In this document: positions 28,644 to 37,530 of the stretch, one piece after another | Position numbering within the stretch: position 1 is the stretch's first letter | Layout: the number at the start of each line of letters is the position of its first letter | Origin: Candidatus Symbiothrix sp. | GTDB lineage: Bacteria; Bacteroidota; Bacteroidia; Bacteroidales; Azobacteroidaceae | Reading direction: 5' to 3' | DNA length: 63,784 nt | Assembly: GCA_031272095.1 (NCBI GenBank) | Contig: JAISUM010000023.1 | Span: forward strand, 1 to 63,784 | Notes under the pieces: model-generated | The model's input: only the letters and a program-made list of their open reading frames with translations | What the model was told of the DNA's origin: nothing | Database searches by the model: none | Translations under genes and position numbers: made by a program

Positions 28644-31535
28644 TTATTTCACCAACACTTTAGAAGCAATTGAACGCTGGCTATAAATATCTTGACGGAT
28701 GTAGATGCCGCCCGATACCGGACGATCTACGCGCACGCCTTGCAGTGTATAATAACGGGTAGCGATTTTTTCTCCCAAATCGATGCTCGGCGAAACTATG
28801 CCCTCTCCACCTCCTTGCGAAGGAGGTGTACCTGCGGTGAAGACAATGCGGTTACCGGCATCGTTTTTGCTATAAGTACATGCATATTGCGCTGCCTTGT
28901 CGTTCAACCAAACCCAACTGCTTTCCGTACCTCCGGAGGCTGCCATATAGGTCAGATCGAGGAACTGCCAGTCTTCTGTGGTCGAGAACGGAACGAAGCG
29001 GAAATAATTGGGTTCGGGCTGTGCTTCGGTTACAAAGTAGTAATTGTCGGCTGATTGCACATAATACAAACCTTTGCCCGTTGCATAGTTGACGATAGAA
29101 TAACCGGTGGTCGGTCCGCCTACGAACTTCCAATATTGCGCTGCACTGGCGGTGTTCGTCGTTTTCTGCATCATGCGGAGGCTGTCGGATGTAACGTCCC
29201 AAGAGGTACCCGAACGGCGATAGAAGCTTATCAAATACCAATGTTCGTCGCCGTCGGTGCTGATGACGACCGGAAATTCGGCTGTAGCAGTCAAGATCAC
29301 ATCGACGTCTTCGGCGCCTTCAGAAGAGAGAATCAGTTTTGCTTTATAATCGCGAGATACTGTGGGAGCGAAGGTGATGACCAAGGTGCCGCCTTCGGCT
29401 GGCAAAACCGTGGCATCTACCGAGAAAGCATCTGCATCGGCGCCGCCAACAGTAACCGTGATGTCGCCTGTCAAGAGCGAACCGGTAACAGCCAACGATG
29501 CGGTGATCGTGGTTGTGATTTCGGCAAAGCCCAAATCCAAAGAGGTAGCCGCCGGCGTGATGGCTGCGGCATTGGCAGGAATAAAGGTCAGCGGGTCGCC
29601 CGAGTCTTCGGTGTAATACAAGCATACGGCGACTCTATTCTGATCGTTCAGTGCAATATAGTTAGGATAATCACTATACGGCGGCGTCAGCATGACCAGC
29701 ATCCAAGTGCCGTCGGTCATTTGCGCCAATGCCAGCGTATCGCCTGTACCGGCTGCGGCAGCAACAAAGTTTTCATTATCATCATCAACATATTTGATTT
29801 CATGACCGGTTTTCGAGACTACGATCATTGTATCTTTGTTGCCGACGAATTTCCACCACTGGCTGTCGTCAGCAGGGTCGATTCTTTCTTCCTGCGTAAG
29901 AACTGCGTCTTCACCGGCGTCGGTAATCACTTTATTAAGGTTTGCCGAGCGGTTGAACTGGATATAATACCAGTATTCGGTGGTAGCGTCGTAGGTGCTG
30001 AATTTGATCGGCAATTTGATGCCTGTTCCGGTCAGCGCGATGGTTTTGCTGATGCCGTCGGCGGTAGCCACGAGGTTAGCGGTGTAAGCACGCGCTTCGT
30101 CAGGGTCGAAAGTGATATCGACGCCCGTTTCGGTAGCGGTAGCTGTAAAGGCGGCTGCATCGGATCCGGTGAACGAATAGCTGATCGTTCCCGACAGATT
30201 GAGTCCTGTTACGACGACTGATTTGGTCAGTGTGTTGTCGGTAGGCAATGAGCCGAAAGCGATCGAAGTAGCGCCGACCAACAAGTTGGTTTGCGTAGCA
30301 GGGATAAACACCAAGCGGCTGCCTGCATCGCCGGCGGTATAGTTACCGACTGCTTTGCCCGAAATATCGTTGAGATAACGTTGCGTGGTGGACATTACTC
30401 CTGCTGTACTAAATTTGCCGGCGTCATTGTTGTAAATGATCCAGTCGGTCGTGGTCGAGAAAGGCATAATGGTGAAGAAATTACCATATTCCGATTCGGT
30501 GGCAGTATAACGGTCAACCACTGATGTGGCGTCCCAAGTGGCGTCATACAGTATTTCCATATCGTTGTCTTTGCTGACAATTGAGAGTTCATCGACGGCG
30601 CCGGTGAATTTCCACAGCTGGTTGTCTGCGCCCGGTACGATGGGGGTCTGCGAGAGTTGTTGATCCAATCCTTCGCTTTGTATCACTTTGGTGCCGGTAG
30701 CGCGATAGAATTGCAGGTAATACCAGTATTCGTTGCTCGCGTCGCTGATTTGTACCGGCAAAGCGACGCCCGATCCGGTCAATGCTACCGATGCGGTCAA
30801 GTCGTCGGCGCTGAAGGTCAGCGTGGCATTATATTCTTGCGCAGCGGCAGGAGTAAATGCGATTTCCAATTCGCCGCCATTAGCGGTGAAAGCAACTGAT
30901 TCGGTCAGCGTGAAAACGGATGCGTCGCCGGTGATGGTGTAAGAAACCGCCTCGCTTAATGCTACGCCCGATACCGAAACGGTTTTCTTGACGGGAACGC
31001 CGATCACGCTTCTGCCGCAGCTGATATTTTCAGCGCTGGTCTGCATGCTTTTTTCATCGGCAGGAATAAAGGTGATGCGAGCGCCATTATCAAGATAGCC
31101 GTAGAGACAAACCGTTGCACGCGCCTGGTCGTTCACATAAGCATCGTTTGAATGGTCTTGGATCACATAACCGCCATCGGAATAGGTACCCAAGTAGAAG
31201 GATGATGCCGACGAAGCGGATGCTTCGTACTTGCTATCACTGTTCACTAACCATTTTTCTCCTGTTTTGCTCACGACGGCAAAACTTTCCGCCGTGCCTT
31301 CCAATTTCCATTGCTGGGCTTCGGAGCCGGGGGCAAATTCGGATTGTGACAACAAGGCTGCAGCGCCATTGTTCTGAATCACAAGATTCCGAGAATAAAG
31401 GTTTAAGACGCGATAAAACTGGATATAATACCAGTGATCATCGCCGTCGCTACTGAATTGAGGTTGAGCTTTCATGCTCACCGATGCTGTCCATACGAGC
31501 AACAGCATCGCGATAAAAGAATAAACTTTACGCAT
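28644..31535 (-). CDS. T9SS-secreted repeat protein: 4 lectin-like (WYYIQF/QxW) modules alternating with 3 Ig-like modules
   Basis: Signal peptide. Four S..G.EHWYYIQFxR...QxWKFxG...G.R/PLTFIPA units and three ...ITFxPT..R.YxA.L......V.LTG.G units. CTD ATRYYTLQGVRV..P..GGIYI...KVLVK. Confidence 0.85.
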   Translation of the reverse strand: MRKVYSFIAMLLLVWTASVSMKAQPQFSSDGDDHWYYIQFYRVLNLYSRNLVIQNNGAAALLSQSEFAPGSEAQQWKLEGTAESFAVVSKTGEKWLVNSDSKYEASASSASSFYLGTYSDGGYVIQDHSNDAYVNDQARATVCLYGYLDNGARITFIPADEKSMQTSAENISCGRSVIGVPVKKTVSVSGVALSEAVSYTITGDASVFTLTESVAFTANGGELEIAFTPAAAQEYNATLTFSADDLTASVALTGSGVALPVQISDASNEYWYYLQFYRATGTKVIQSEGLDQQLSQTPIVPGADNQLWKFTGAVDELSIVSKDNDMEILYDATWDATSVVDRYTATESEYGNFFTIMPFSTTTDWIIYNNDAGKFSTAGVMSTTQRYLNDISGKAVGNYTAGDAGSRLVFIPATQTNLLVGATSIAFGSLPTDNTLTKSVVVTGLNLSGTISYSFTGSDAAAFTATATETGVDITFDPDEARAYTANLVATADGISKTIALTGTGIKLPIKFSTYDATTEYWYYIQFNRSANLNKVITDAGEDAVLTQEERIDPADDSQWWKFVGNKDTMIVVSKTGHEIKYVDDDNENFVAAAAGTGDTLALAQMTDGTWMLVMLTPPYSDYPNYIALNDQNRVAVCLYYTEDSGDPLTFIPANAAAITPAATSLDLGFAEITTTITASLAVTGSLLTGDITVTVGGADADAFSVDATVLPAEGGTLVITFAPTVSRDYKAKLILSSEGAEDVDVILTATAEFPVVISTDGDEHWYLISFYRRSGTSWDVTSDSLRMMQKTTNTASAAQYWKFVGGPTTGYSIVNYATGKGLYYVQSADNYYFVTEAQPEPNYFRFVPFSTTEDWQFLDLTYMAASGGTESSWVWLNDKAAQYACTYSKNDAGNRIVFTAGTPPSQGGGEGIVSPSIDLGEKIATRYYTLQGVRVDRPVSGGIYIRQDIYSQRSIASKVLVK

Positions 31536-31563
31536 AATTTAACTTAATTAATTAATTAAAAAA

Positions 31564-31639
31564 TCAGGACTGTCGCAAAAGCTCGTCATTTCCGGCTTTC
31601 GCCGGAATGACGCATTTTTTGCCTTTGAGATAGCCCTGA
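31564..31639. repeat. Nested palindrome between the two repeat-protein genes
   Basis: Outer imperfect IR TCAGGACTGTCGCAAAAG / CTTTGAGATAGCCCTGA encloses CGTCATTTCCGGCTTTCGCCGGAATGACG. The core is shared with 28249-28274. Confidence 0.75.
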
Positions 31640-31658
31640 TCCACGATGAAACATAATT

Positions 31659-34600
31659 TTATTTTACTAACACTTTAGTCGTTTTTGTATGACGGCTATA
31701 GACGTCCTGACGAATATAGATACCACCTTGTGTCGGATTTTCAACGCGCATGCCTTGCAGGTTGTAATAACGGGTTGCGATTTTTTCGCCCCATTCTGCG
31801 CTCGGTGCGTTGATAGCTTCCTGAGAAGGAGGCGTTCCTGCGATGAAAGATACGCGATTGCCATCGTCGTTCATATTATAAATACAAGCCGACGCGCCGC
31901 TCAAATCGTTCAAATAAGCCGGATCTGTCGATGTCAAACCGGCTTCGGTCATATAAGTTTCGTTGAGGAACTGCCATTCGCCGGTGCCATAGGGAACAAA
32001 ACGGTGGGCGTCGGGCTGGGTATTTTCACCGTCAGCGAAGACATAAGATTCGCTGTCGTTGAGATACAATCCCTTGCCGTTGGCATAGTTGACGAAATAA
32101 TAACCGGTAGCGCCGGAGCCTGTGATTTTCCAGTACTGCGAAGCTTTGGTTTCATCTTTGACTTCTTGTGCCATAGACAAGCCGTCGGCGCTGATGCTCC
32201 AGACTCTGCTTGACGATGCGCGGCGGGTGAATTGCAACATATACCAGTGTTCTGCGCCATCGGTGCTGATCGTAATCGGCAGCAATGAGGTTGCCGTCAA
32301 TGCGACTTCGATCGGTTGTGCGCCTGCCGACGTCAAGGTCAGTACTGCGGTGTAAGCCTGAGCTGCTGTCGGTTCGAAAGTAACGACAAGGTCGCCGCCT
32401 TCAGCCGGTAAGAGCGTAGCATCGACAGAGAAGGCAGCCGCGCCTGCTCCCGTAATGGCAACGCTGATGTCGCCTGTCAGTTGATAGCCGCCGACCGACA
32501 ATGTATTGCTGACCGAAGTGCCAACATCTGCAAAACCTATTGAGAGTGCTGCGGTAGCCACTGTAACAGCGGGTTGATCTGCCGGAATGAAGTTGATGAC
32601 GTCGCCGTCGGTATTGCCGCTCCAGCTGGTAACATAAGTATTGGCGTTGCTGTTATTGACCGAAGGATAGGACAGTCCCGAACGCAGGTTGCTCAACCAC
32701 CATTTGGTCGTTGTGTTGTAGCGTTCAAATTTGAAGGAGTCGCCCGAACCTGTTGCCGAGACCACATAGCGATCTGCCGGAGAAGTGGCTTCGTAGCGCA
32801 ATTCCAAGTTACCGTCTCTGTTCACGATTTTGCAGTTATCCCAAGTTCCGACAAATTTCCATTGTTGGTTGGTGGGGGCTGCTTCTCTGTCCCAAGGCTG
32901 CTGCGAGACTGCTACGTCGAGTCCTTCGGACTGAATGACGATATCCGCACCATAAGTCAGGATTTGTTTTTCAAACTGCATGAAATACCAGTGTTCTTCG
33001 CTGCCGTTGCTGAACTGTACATTCAGCGGCAGACCGGTGCCGGTCAGTTTCACGGTTTGCGTATAGCTGTCGGCTGTGATGGTGATCGTGCCTTCGTAGT
33101 CGGCGGCTGCCGTCGGTGTGAAGGACACTGTCAGCGCACCGCCGATAGCGGTCAGAGGCGTTGTGGCTGTTGCCGTAAATCCTGCGCCGGAGATCGAATA
33201 GCTGACGGCTGATGTAACGCCAATCGCTGCGATATTGATCGTTTTGGAGATAGTGGCTCCTACCGGGCTGCCACCCAAGCCGATGCTGTCGGCGCCGACA
33301 TAGAGACCGTCCTGATCAGCAGGGATGAAGGTCAAAGGATTGCCTGCATTGTTGGTTGTGTAGCTGCCTACTGCCGTGCCGCTCTTGTCGTTCACATAGC
33401 GACGGGTGGGCGAGCCTTCGGGGTCGGTGGCGTAGTAGTAGCCGATAAACTGGTTGAAGAGTTGCCATTGCACGGAATCGCTGTAGATGACAAACTTAAA
33501 CTCGTCGCCGTCGCCGTTAGCTACATATTTGTCCACCGGCGAGCCGTCGATAACGCTGGCGTCGTAAGCCCATTCCTGGTCAACGCCGCGATTGACGATT
33601 TTATAGCTGTCCCACGAGCCGACAATCTTCCATTGTTGTTCGATCTTCCCCGGAACGAAGGGCGATTGTGTCAGGTATTCGTCTTCGCCTTCCGCCTGAA
33701 TCACAGTGTTGGCGGCTGCCTGACGTGCAAACTGGATATAGTACCAGTATTCGTTGGCGCCGCTGCTGATCTGGAAGGGGAAGTCGAAATCGGCGTCGCC
33801 CGACAGGTTCACATTCACCGGATCGGCGTCTAAGCTGACCAATGCCATGATTGCCGAATACTTGCGTTTTTCGGTCGGAGAAAAAGTAATTTCCACGTCT
33901 CCGCCTGCTGACGATACCCAAGAGGTCGAAACGCTGAATGCATCTTTGTCTGCGCCGCCCAGCACAATATTGACCTGATCTTTCAGCTTCAAGCCCTGAA
34001 TTTTCACCGTCTTGGTCGAGCTTTCATCTTTCAGCGTGTAGCCGAAATCGACGTCTGCCGGAGGCACAATCACCGCAGGAATTTCGCCGCGATAGACGGT
34101 AACTTCCGTGTCGTAATTCGAGCCTGCGCACACACCCCAGACTTTCTCTATCTGACCATTGATAGAGGAAGACCAATACCACGATCCGCCTTCATAAGTG
34201 GTGAATCGCCGGATGCCATTGACCGTACAGGCGACGGTAATATCGCTGGCTGCATCGTTGTAGATGTCGAATACAAACAGCGTACCGTTCAACGTGTCGA
34301 TCGGAATTTCTTGATCGCTCCAAAAACCGGTTCCGTTAGCAAGCAGCAAACGTCCGACTTGACCGGTATAATAATCTCCCGGAAAGCCTTCGACATACTG
34401 ACGCGCCGGACGCAGATAGAAGGTGAAAGGATAGTCGCGACTCCATGGCGACTGTTGTTTGCCATCTACCGTAATAAACGCATTGGTTGCCGAGTTAAAT
34501 TCGGGGATAGTGTCGCTGGTTCCAATGCGAGTAATCGCCTGAAAGAGCCGCGATCCCCAATATCCTGCCGGTTTTCCTTTGTAGTTGATTTCGGCATGGA

Positions 34601-34796
34601 TCGACCATACTTCCGAAATCAATAAAGGCGTAGCCACTCCGTTGCCGTCCGTAAAGTACTCCGTAGAGCCGAGGACGTAAGCTTCCGGTTGCCCGCTCGC
34701 TTGCAATACATATTCGTACTGGTCTTGCGAGCGCACTCCTGTTATCATCAAGAAAGACAATAACAGTCCACAAATTAAAGAATAAACTTTTTTCAT
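31659..34796 (-). CDS. Paralogous T9SS-secreted repeat protein: unique N-terminal domain + 3x(Ig-like + lectin-like) + CTD
   Basis: EYWYYIQFAR, EHWYFMQFEK and EHWYMLQFTR repeats. Same GTPPSQ linker and GEKIATRYYNLQG...KVLVK CTD as 28644-31535. Confidence 0.85.
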   Translation of the reverse strand: MKKVYSLICGLLLSFLMITGVRSQDQYEYVLQASGQPEAYVLGSTEYFTDGNGVATPLLISEVWSIHAEINYKGKPAGYWGSRLFQAITRIGTSDTIPEFNSATNAFITVDGKQQSPWSRDYPFTFYLRPARQYVEGFPGDYYTGQVGRLLLANGTGFWSDQEIPIDTLNGTLFVFDIYNDAASDITVACTVNGIRRFTTYEGGSWYWSSSINGQIEKVWGVCAGSNYDTEVTVYRGEIPAVIVPPADVDFGYTLKDESSTKTVKIQGLKLKDQVNIVLGGADKDAFSVSTSWVSSAGGDVEITFSPTEKRKYSAIMALVSLDADPVNVNLSGDADFDFPFQISSGANEYWYYIQFARQAAANTVIQAEGEDEYLTQSPFVPGKIEQQWKIVGSWDSYKIVNRGVDQEWAYDASVIDGSPVDKYVANGDGDEFKFVIYSDSVQWQLFNQFIGYYYATDPEGSPTRRYVNDKSGTAVGSYTTNNAGNPLTFIPADQDGLYVGADSIGLGGSPVGATISKTINIAAIGVTSAVSYSISGAGFTATATTPLTAIGGALTVSFTPTAAADYEGTITITADSYTQTVKLTGTGLPLNVQFSNGSEEHWYFMQFEKQILTYGADIVIQSEGLDVAVSQQPWDREAAPTNQQWKFVGTWDNCKIVNRDGNLELRYEATSPADRYVVSATGSGDSFKFERYNTTTKWWLSNLRSGLSYPSVNNSNANTYVTSWSGNTDGDVINFIPADQPAVTVATAALSIGFADVGTSVSNTLSVGGYQLTGDISVAITGAGAAAFSVDATLLPAEGGDLVVTFEPTAAQAYTAVLTLTSAGAQPIEVALTATSLLPITISTDGAEHWYMLQFTRRASSSRVWSISADGLSMAQEVKDETKASQYWKITGSGATGYYFVNYANGKGLYLNDSESYVFADGENTQPDAHRFVPYGTGEWQFLNETYMTEAGLTSTDPAYLNDLSGASACIYNMNDDGNRVSFIAGTPPSQEAINAPSAEWGEKIATRYYNLQGMRVENPTQGGIYIRQDVYSRHTKTTKVLVK

Positions 34797-34827
34797 TTTT
34801 TAAATCAAATTTTAAGAACAACTTATT

Positions 34828-37056
34828 TTAATAAACACTCATTTCATTGATTCTTGTATGTACGGAGCCATCGCCCCATCCGCTGTTGATTTTCAGGCGG
34901 ATATATTGTCCGACGGCAGGCTGCTGCAACTGTATGCTTGGGCTTGCCGAGTTGGGCGAGTCGCCTTGCCAGACGATCGTCCAGTTGGCGTCGTCGGTGG
35001 CGTTGGCGTTGGTTCCGGTCTGTGCGCCGGAAAAGCTGTCGCTCACGCCGATCGAGATATTTTTCATATAGCGATTTTCGCCGCCGCTGAGGGTAAAGAC
35101 CACGCCGTTGATGGTTTCCTGCTGCGCCATATCGAAGACCAGCACATGCGGATAGCTCGACGTGCCGCTATACCAAGCCGAATGCCAGTAGGTAGCGGTA
35201 TTGTCGTCGATGATGGTTGCGGCGCGTCCGTTGACAGCGCCTTCGCCGGAAGTTTCCTGCGAGGAATAGTATTTCAATGTCCATGCGCTTTTGTCTTTGG
35301 TGGAATAGGTCTGATTGCGGAGCGCCTTTTCGACTTCCATAGCCGAATCGACGCGATGGATGAAGGGCTGCAAATCGAGGTCGCGCAGGTCGGCGAAGTT
35401 GTCGATGGTTTGCAGCGGCACGGTATAGGCTGTTCCTTTTTTGGTATTGCCATAGCCGCCGGACAGCATATAGAACTTATCGGTATGTCCTGTGTCGGAC
35501 GAGACGCCGTGTTCGTAGTCGATGCGTTGTCCTGCATCGCCATCGGTATTGGTGCCGGTGCATTTATTGAAATGTATCCATTTTTTGAGGCTGGTATGCC
35601 ATCCCCAAGTATTGTAGTAATAGCCTTTACGGACAAGGTTGCCGTTAGACCATCCGAAGTTTTCGATAAACGAGCCGGTCGGACCCTGCAAGGCGGAGAC
35701 GAAAGGACGTCGCCACGAGGCGATATAGCGCCAGCCTTTGATTGAGTCGGGGACATCGGTCAGCGTGGCGTCGTTGGGGTCGTAGGCGCAATACCAAGCC
35801 GAGAGGATCACGGTTGGTTTCTGTTTGGATGCGCAGATGGTGCAGGTGTCGGTGTCGCGTCTGACATTGAACAGGAAACGCACGGGGTAGCCTTCGCGCC
35901 AAGTTTTCGCGTGGGCGAAATAAGACTGTCCGCCGGTGCCTTCGTTGCCGAAACCGTTAGACGTGATGTAGGGCGCTTTATCGACGAGGGACACCAAGCT
36001 GTCGGGGGGCGGGGTGCGTCCTGCCGCATTGTAGGCGTCCACGTCGATCTGATCCCAGACCGAGAAAAGGATCCGGCGTTCCGTATTGGTATTGTTTTGC
36101 AGACCGAGATAGCCGCCGGAGAATCCGATAGATTCCCAATAGGTATAAATTGGGGAGACATCCGTCGAAGGCACCAAGACTTCCTGATAGAACCATTCGT
36201 AGCTGTTGCCGTTGCCTGCCGATGCGTCGGCGGTCGTATAGTGCAGATGCACCGAAGGCGACGAGAGGTAGTCGGTGGTGTGGGGATCGGTGTTGATCAC
36301 CCGTTGCGGGGTGCTGTAGCCGGTGAGCAACAGGTCGTAGATAGTGATGGATCCGTTGGTGGTTTTCGATTCGAGTTCGTAGCGGAAATAGCCTGTTTTC
36401 GGAATATCGACCGCCATAACGTTCAGGGTATCGCGGGATCCTCGTCCGGTGTAAGAAAATTCGGTTTGCAGTGTGTCTAACGCCCAAGCGGCATCGGTGG
36501 AGGTGCAGGTGAGTTTGAAGTCGCGTGTCTGATTGCTGGACAGCGTCAGCACAAAGCCGAAATCATAGACGCCGGCTTGCTGCCAGATATACCACACCAT
36601 TTTGCGGTTGGCATTGCTCCAGCTCGAGAGGTTACCGTTTTGGCTGTTCGACAGTCCGGCGCCGCTCGAAACATAAGGATGGACATAGCCGCGACCGCCG
36701 TTCAGTTTGTAGGTCGAGCCTGCCCATTTCTGATAAAAATTCACTTGCAGGGTATCCGAATAGTAGGTTTGCGGACAATCGGCGTCCTGCACTTCCATGC
36801 GGTAGTAATAGGGTTTGTCGGGTTTCCAGCGGAGGACGGTTTTGCCGGTTCCTGCGGCGATGGTACTCCACGCGGTCAGGTTCGGGGAGCGTTTCCACGA
36901 GATAGCGTCGGTGGGTTTTTGGGTATAGTTGCCGATATTCAGAATCAGCGAATCGCCGCTGCGGATCGAGAGGACCGGTATTTGCGCCGACAGCGTTTGC
37001 AGCATTGCTACTACGCCGATCATCAAAGCGATAAATAGGGTAGAAATTGTTTTCAT
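34828..37056 (-). CDS. DUF5077/DUF3472 domain protein with C-terminal F5/8 type C module
   Basis: PSVHL, WFYQEV, GFSGGYLGLQNNTNTERRILFSVW, FGNEGTGGQSY and SFIENF motifs. SSQETSGEGAVNGRA..IIDDNTATYWHSAW marks a discoidin module. Confidence 0.85.
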   Translation of the reverse strand: MKTISTLFIALMIGVVAMLQTLSAQIPVLSIRSGDSLILNIGNYTQKPTDAISWKRSPNLTAWSTIAAGTGKTVLRWKPDKPYYYRMEVQDADCPQTYYSDTLQVNFYQKWAGSTYKLNGGRGYVHPYVSSGAGLSNSQNGNLSSWSNANRKMVWYIWQQAGVYDFGFVLTLSSNQTRDFKLTCTSTDAAWALDTLQTEFSYTGRGSRDTLNVMAVDIPKTGYFRYELESKTTNGSITIYDLLLTGYSTPQRVINTDPHTTDYLSSPSVHLHYTTADASAGNGNSYEWFYQEVLVPSTDVSPIYTYWESIGFSGGYLGLQNNTNTERRILFSVWDQIDVDAYNAAGRTPPPDSLVSLVDKAPYITSNGFGNEGTGGQSYFAHAKTWREGYPVRFLFNVRRDTDTCTICASKQKPTVILSAWYCAYDPNDATLTDVPDSIKGWRYIASWRRPFVSALQGPTGSFIENFGWSNGNLVRKGYYYNTWGWHTSLKKWIHFNKCTGTNTDGDAGQRIDYEHGVSSDTGHTDKFYMLSGGYGNTKKGTAYTVPLQTIDNFADLRDLDLQPFIHRVDSAMEVEKALRNQTYSTKDKSAWTLKYYSSQETSGEGAVNGRAATIIDDNTATYWHSAWYSGTSSYPHVLVFDMAQQETINGVVFTLSGGENRYMKNISIGVSDSFSGAQTGTNANATDDANWTIVWQGDSPNSASPSIQLQQPAVGQYIRLKINSGWGDGSVHTRINEMSVY

Positions 37057-37059
37057 AAC

Positions 37060-37491
37060 TTATTTTTTAATGACTTTATACACCCTTTTGTGGGCGTCGA
37101 TGACTTGCACAAAATAGACGCCGGCGGGGCAGGCAGACAGCGAGATCCGGCAGCGGTCGGTGTCGGATCGGATGCGGTTTTCCTGCACTAAACGGCATTG
37201 GCTGTCCAAGAGCAACACGACGGATTCCTGTCCTTCGACGCCGGTCAGCGGGACGTTCAGGAAGTCGTTTGCCGGATTGGGATAGACGCGCTCTTGCAGC
37301 GGAATAGCGTTCAGAGCGGTGGGTTCACCGACATTGATTGTAATATCGGGATTGCAATCGTCGGCTGTTTTTGTCAGTTGTAATTCATAATAGACTGTTT
37401 TCGATACATCATTGGGATCAGACTGAGCAAGTGCGGTCTGCGCCGAAACGCAAACTGCACTCATCAATCCTAAATAAAATAGTTTATTCAT
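37060..37491 (-). CDS. Minimal T9SS type A sorting-domain protein
   Basis: Signal peptide, ~35-aa body, then VYPNPANDFLNV...LLDSQCRLV...ISLSACPAGVYFVQV...KVIKK. Confidence 0.85.
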   Translation of the reverse strand: MNKLFYLGLMSAVCVSAQTALAQSDPNDVSKTVYYELQLTKTADDCNPDITINVGEPTALNAIPLQERVYPNPANDFLNVPLTGVEGQESVVLLLDSQCRLVQENRIRSDTDRCRISLSACPAGVYFVQVIDAHKRVYKVIKK

Positions 37492-37530
37492 ACTCAGAAT
37501 TTATTCACTTAAACACATTATTACTATTTT

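Noticed and set aside
28644-31810. Similar 3' ends of the two repeat-protein genes as a possible DGR template/variable repeat pair
   Set aside because: Differences involve all bases and are largely synonymous, both copies are coding CTDs, and no reverse transcriptase is in the window. This is ordinary paralogy.
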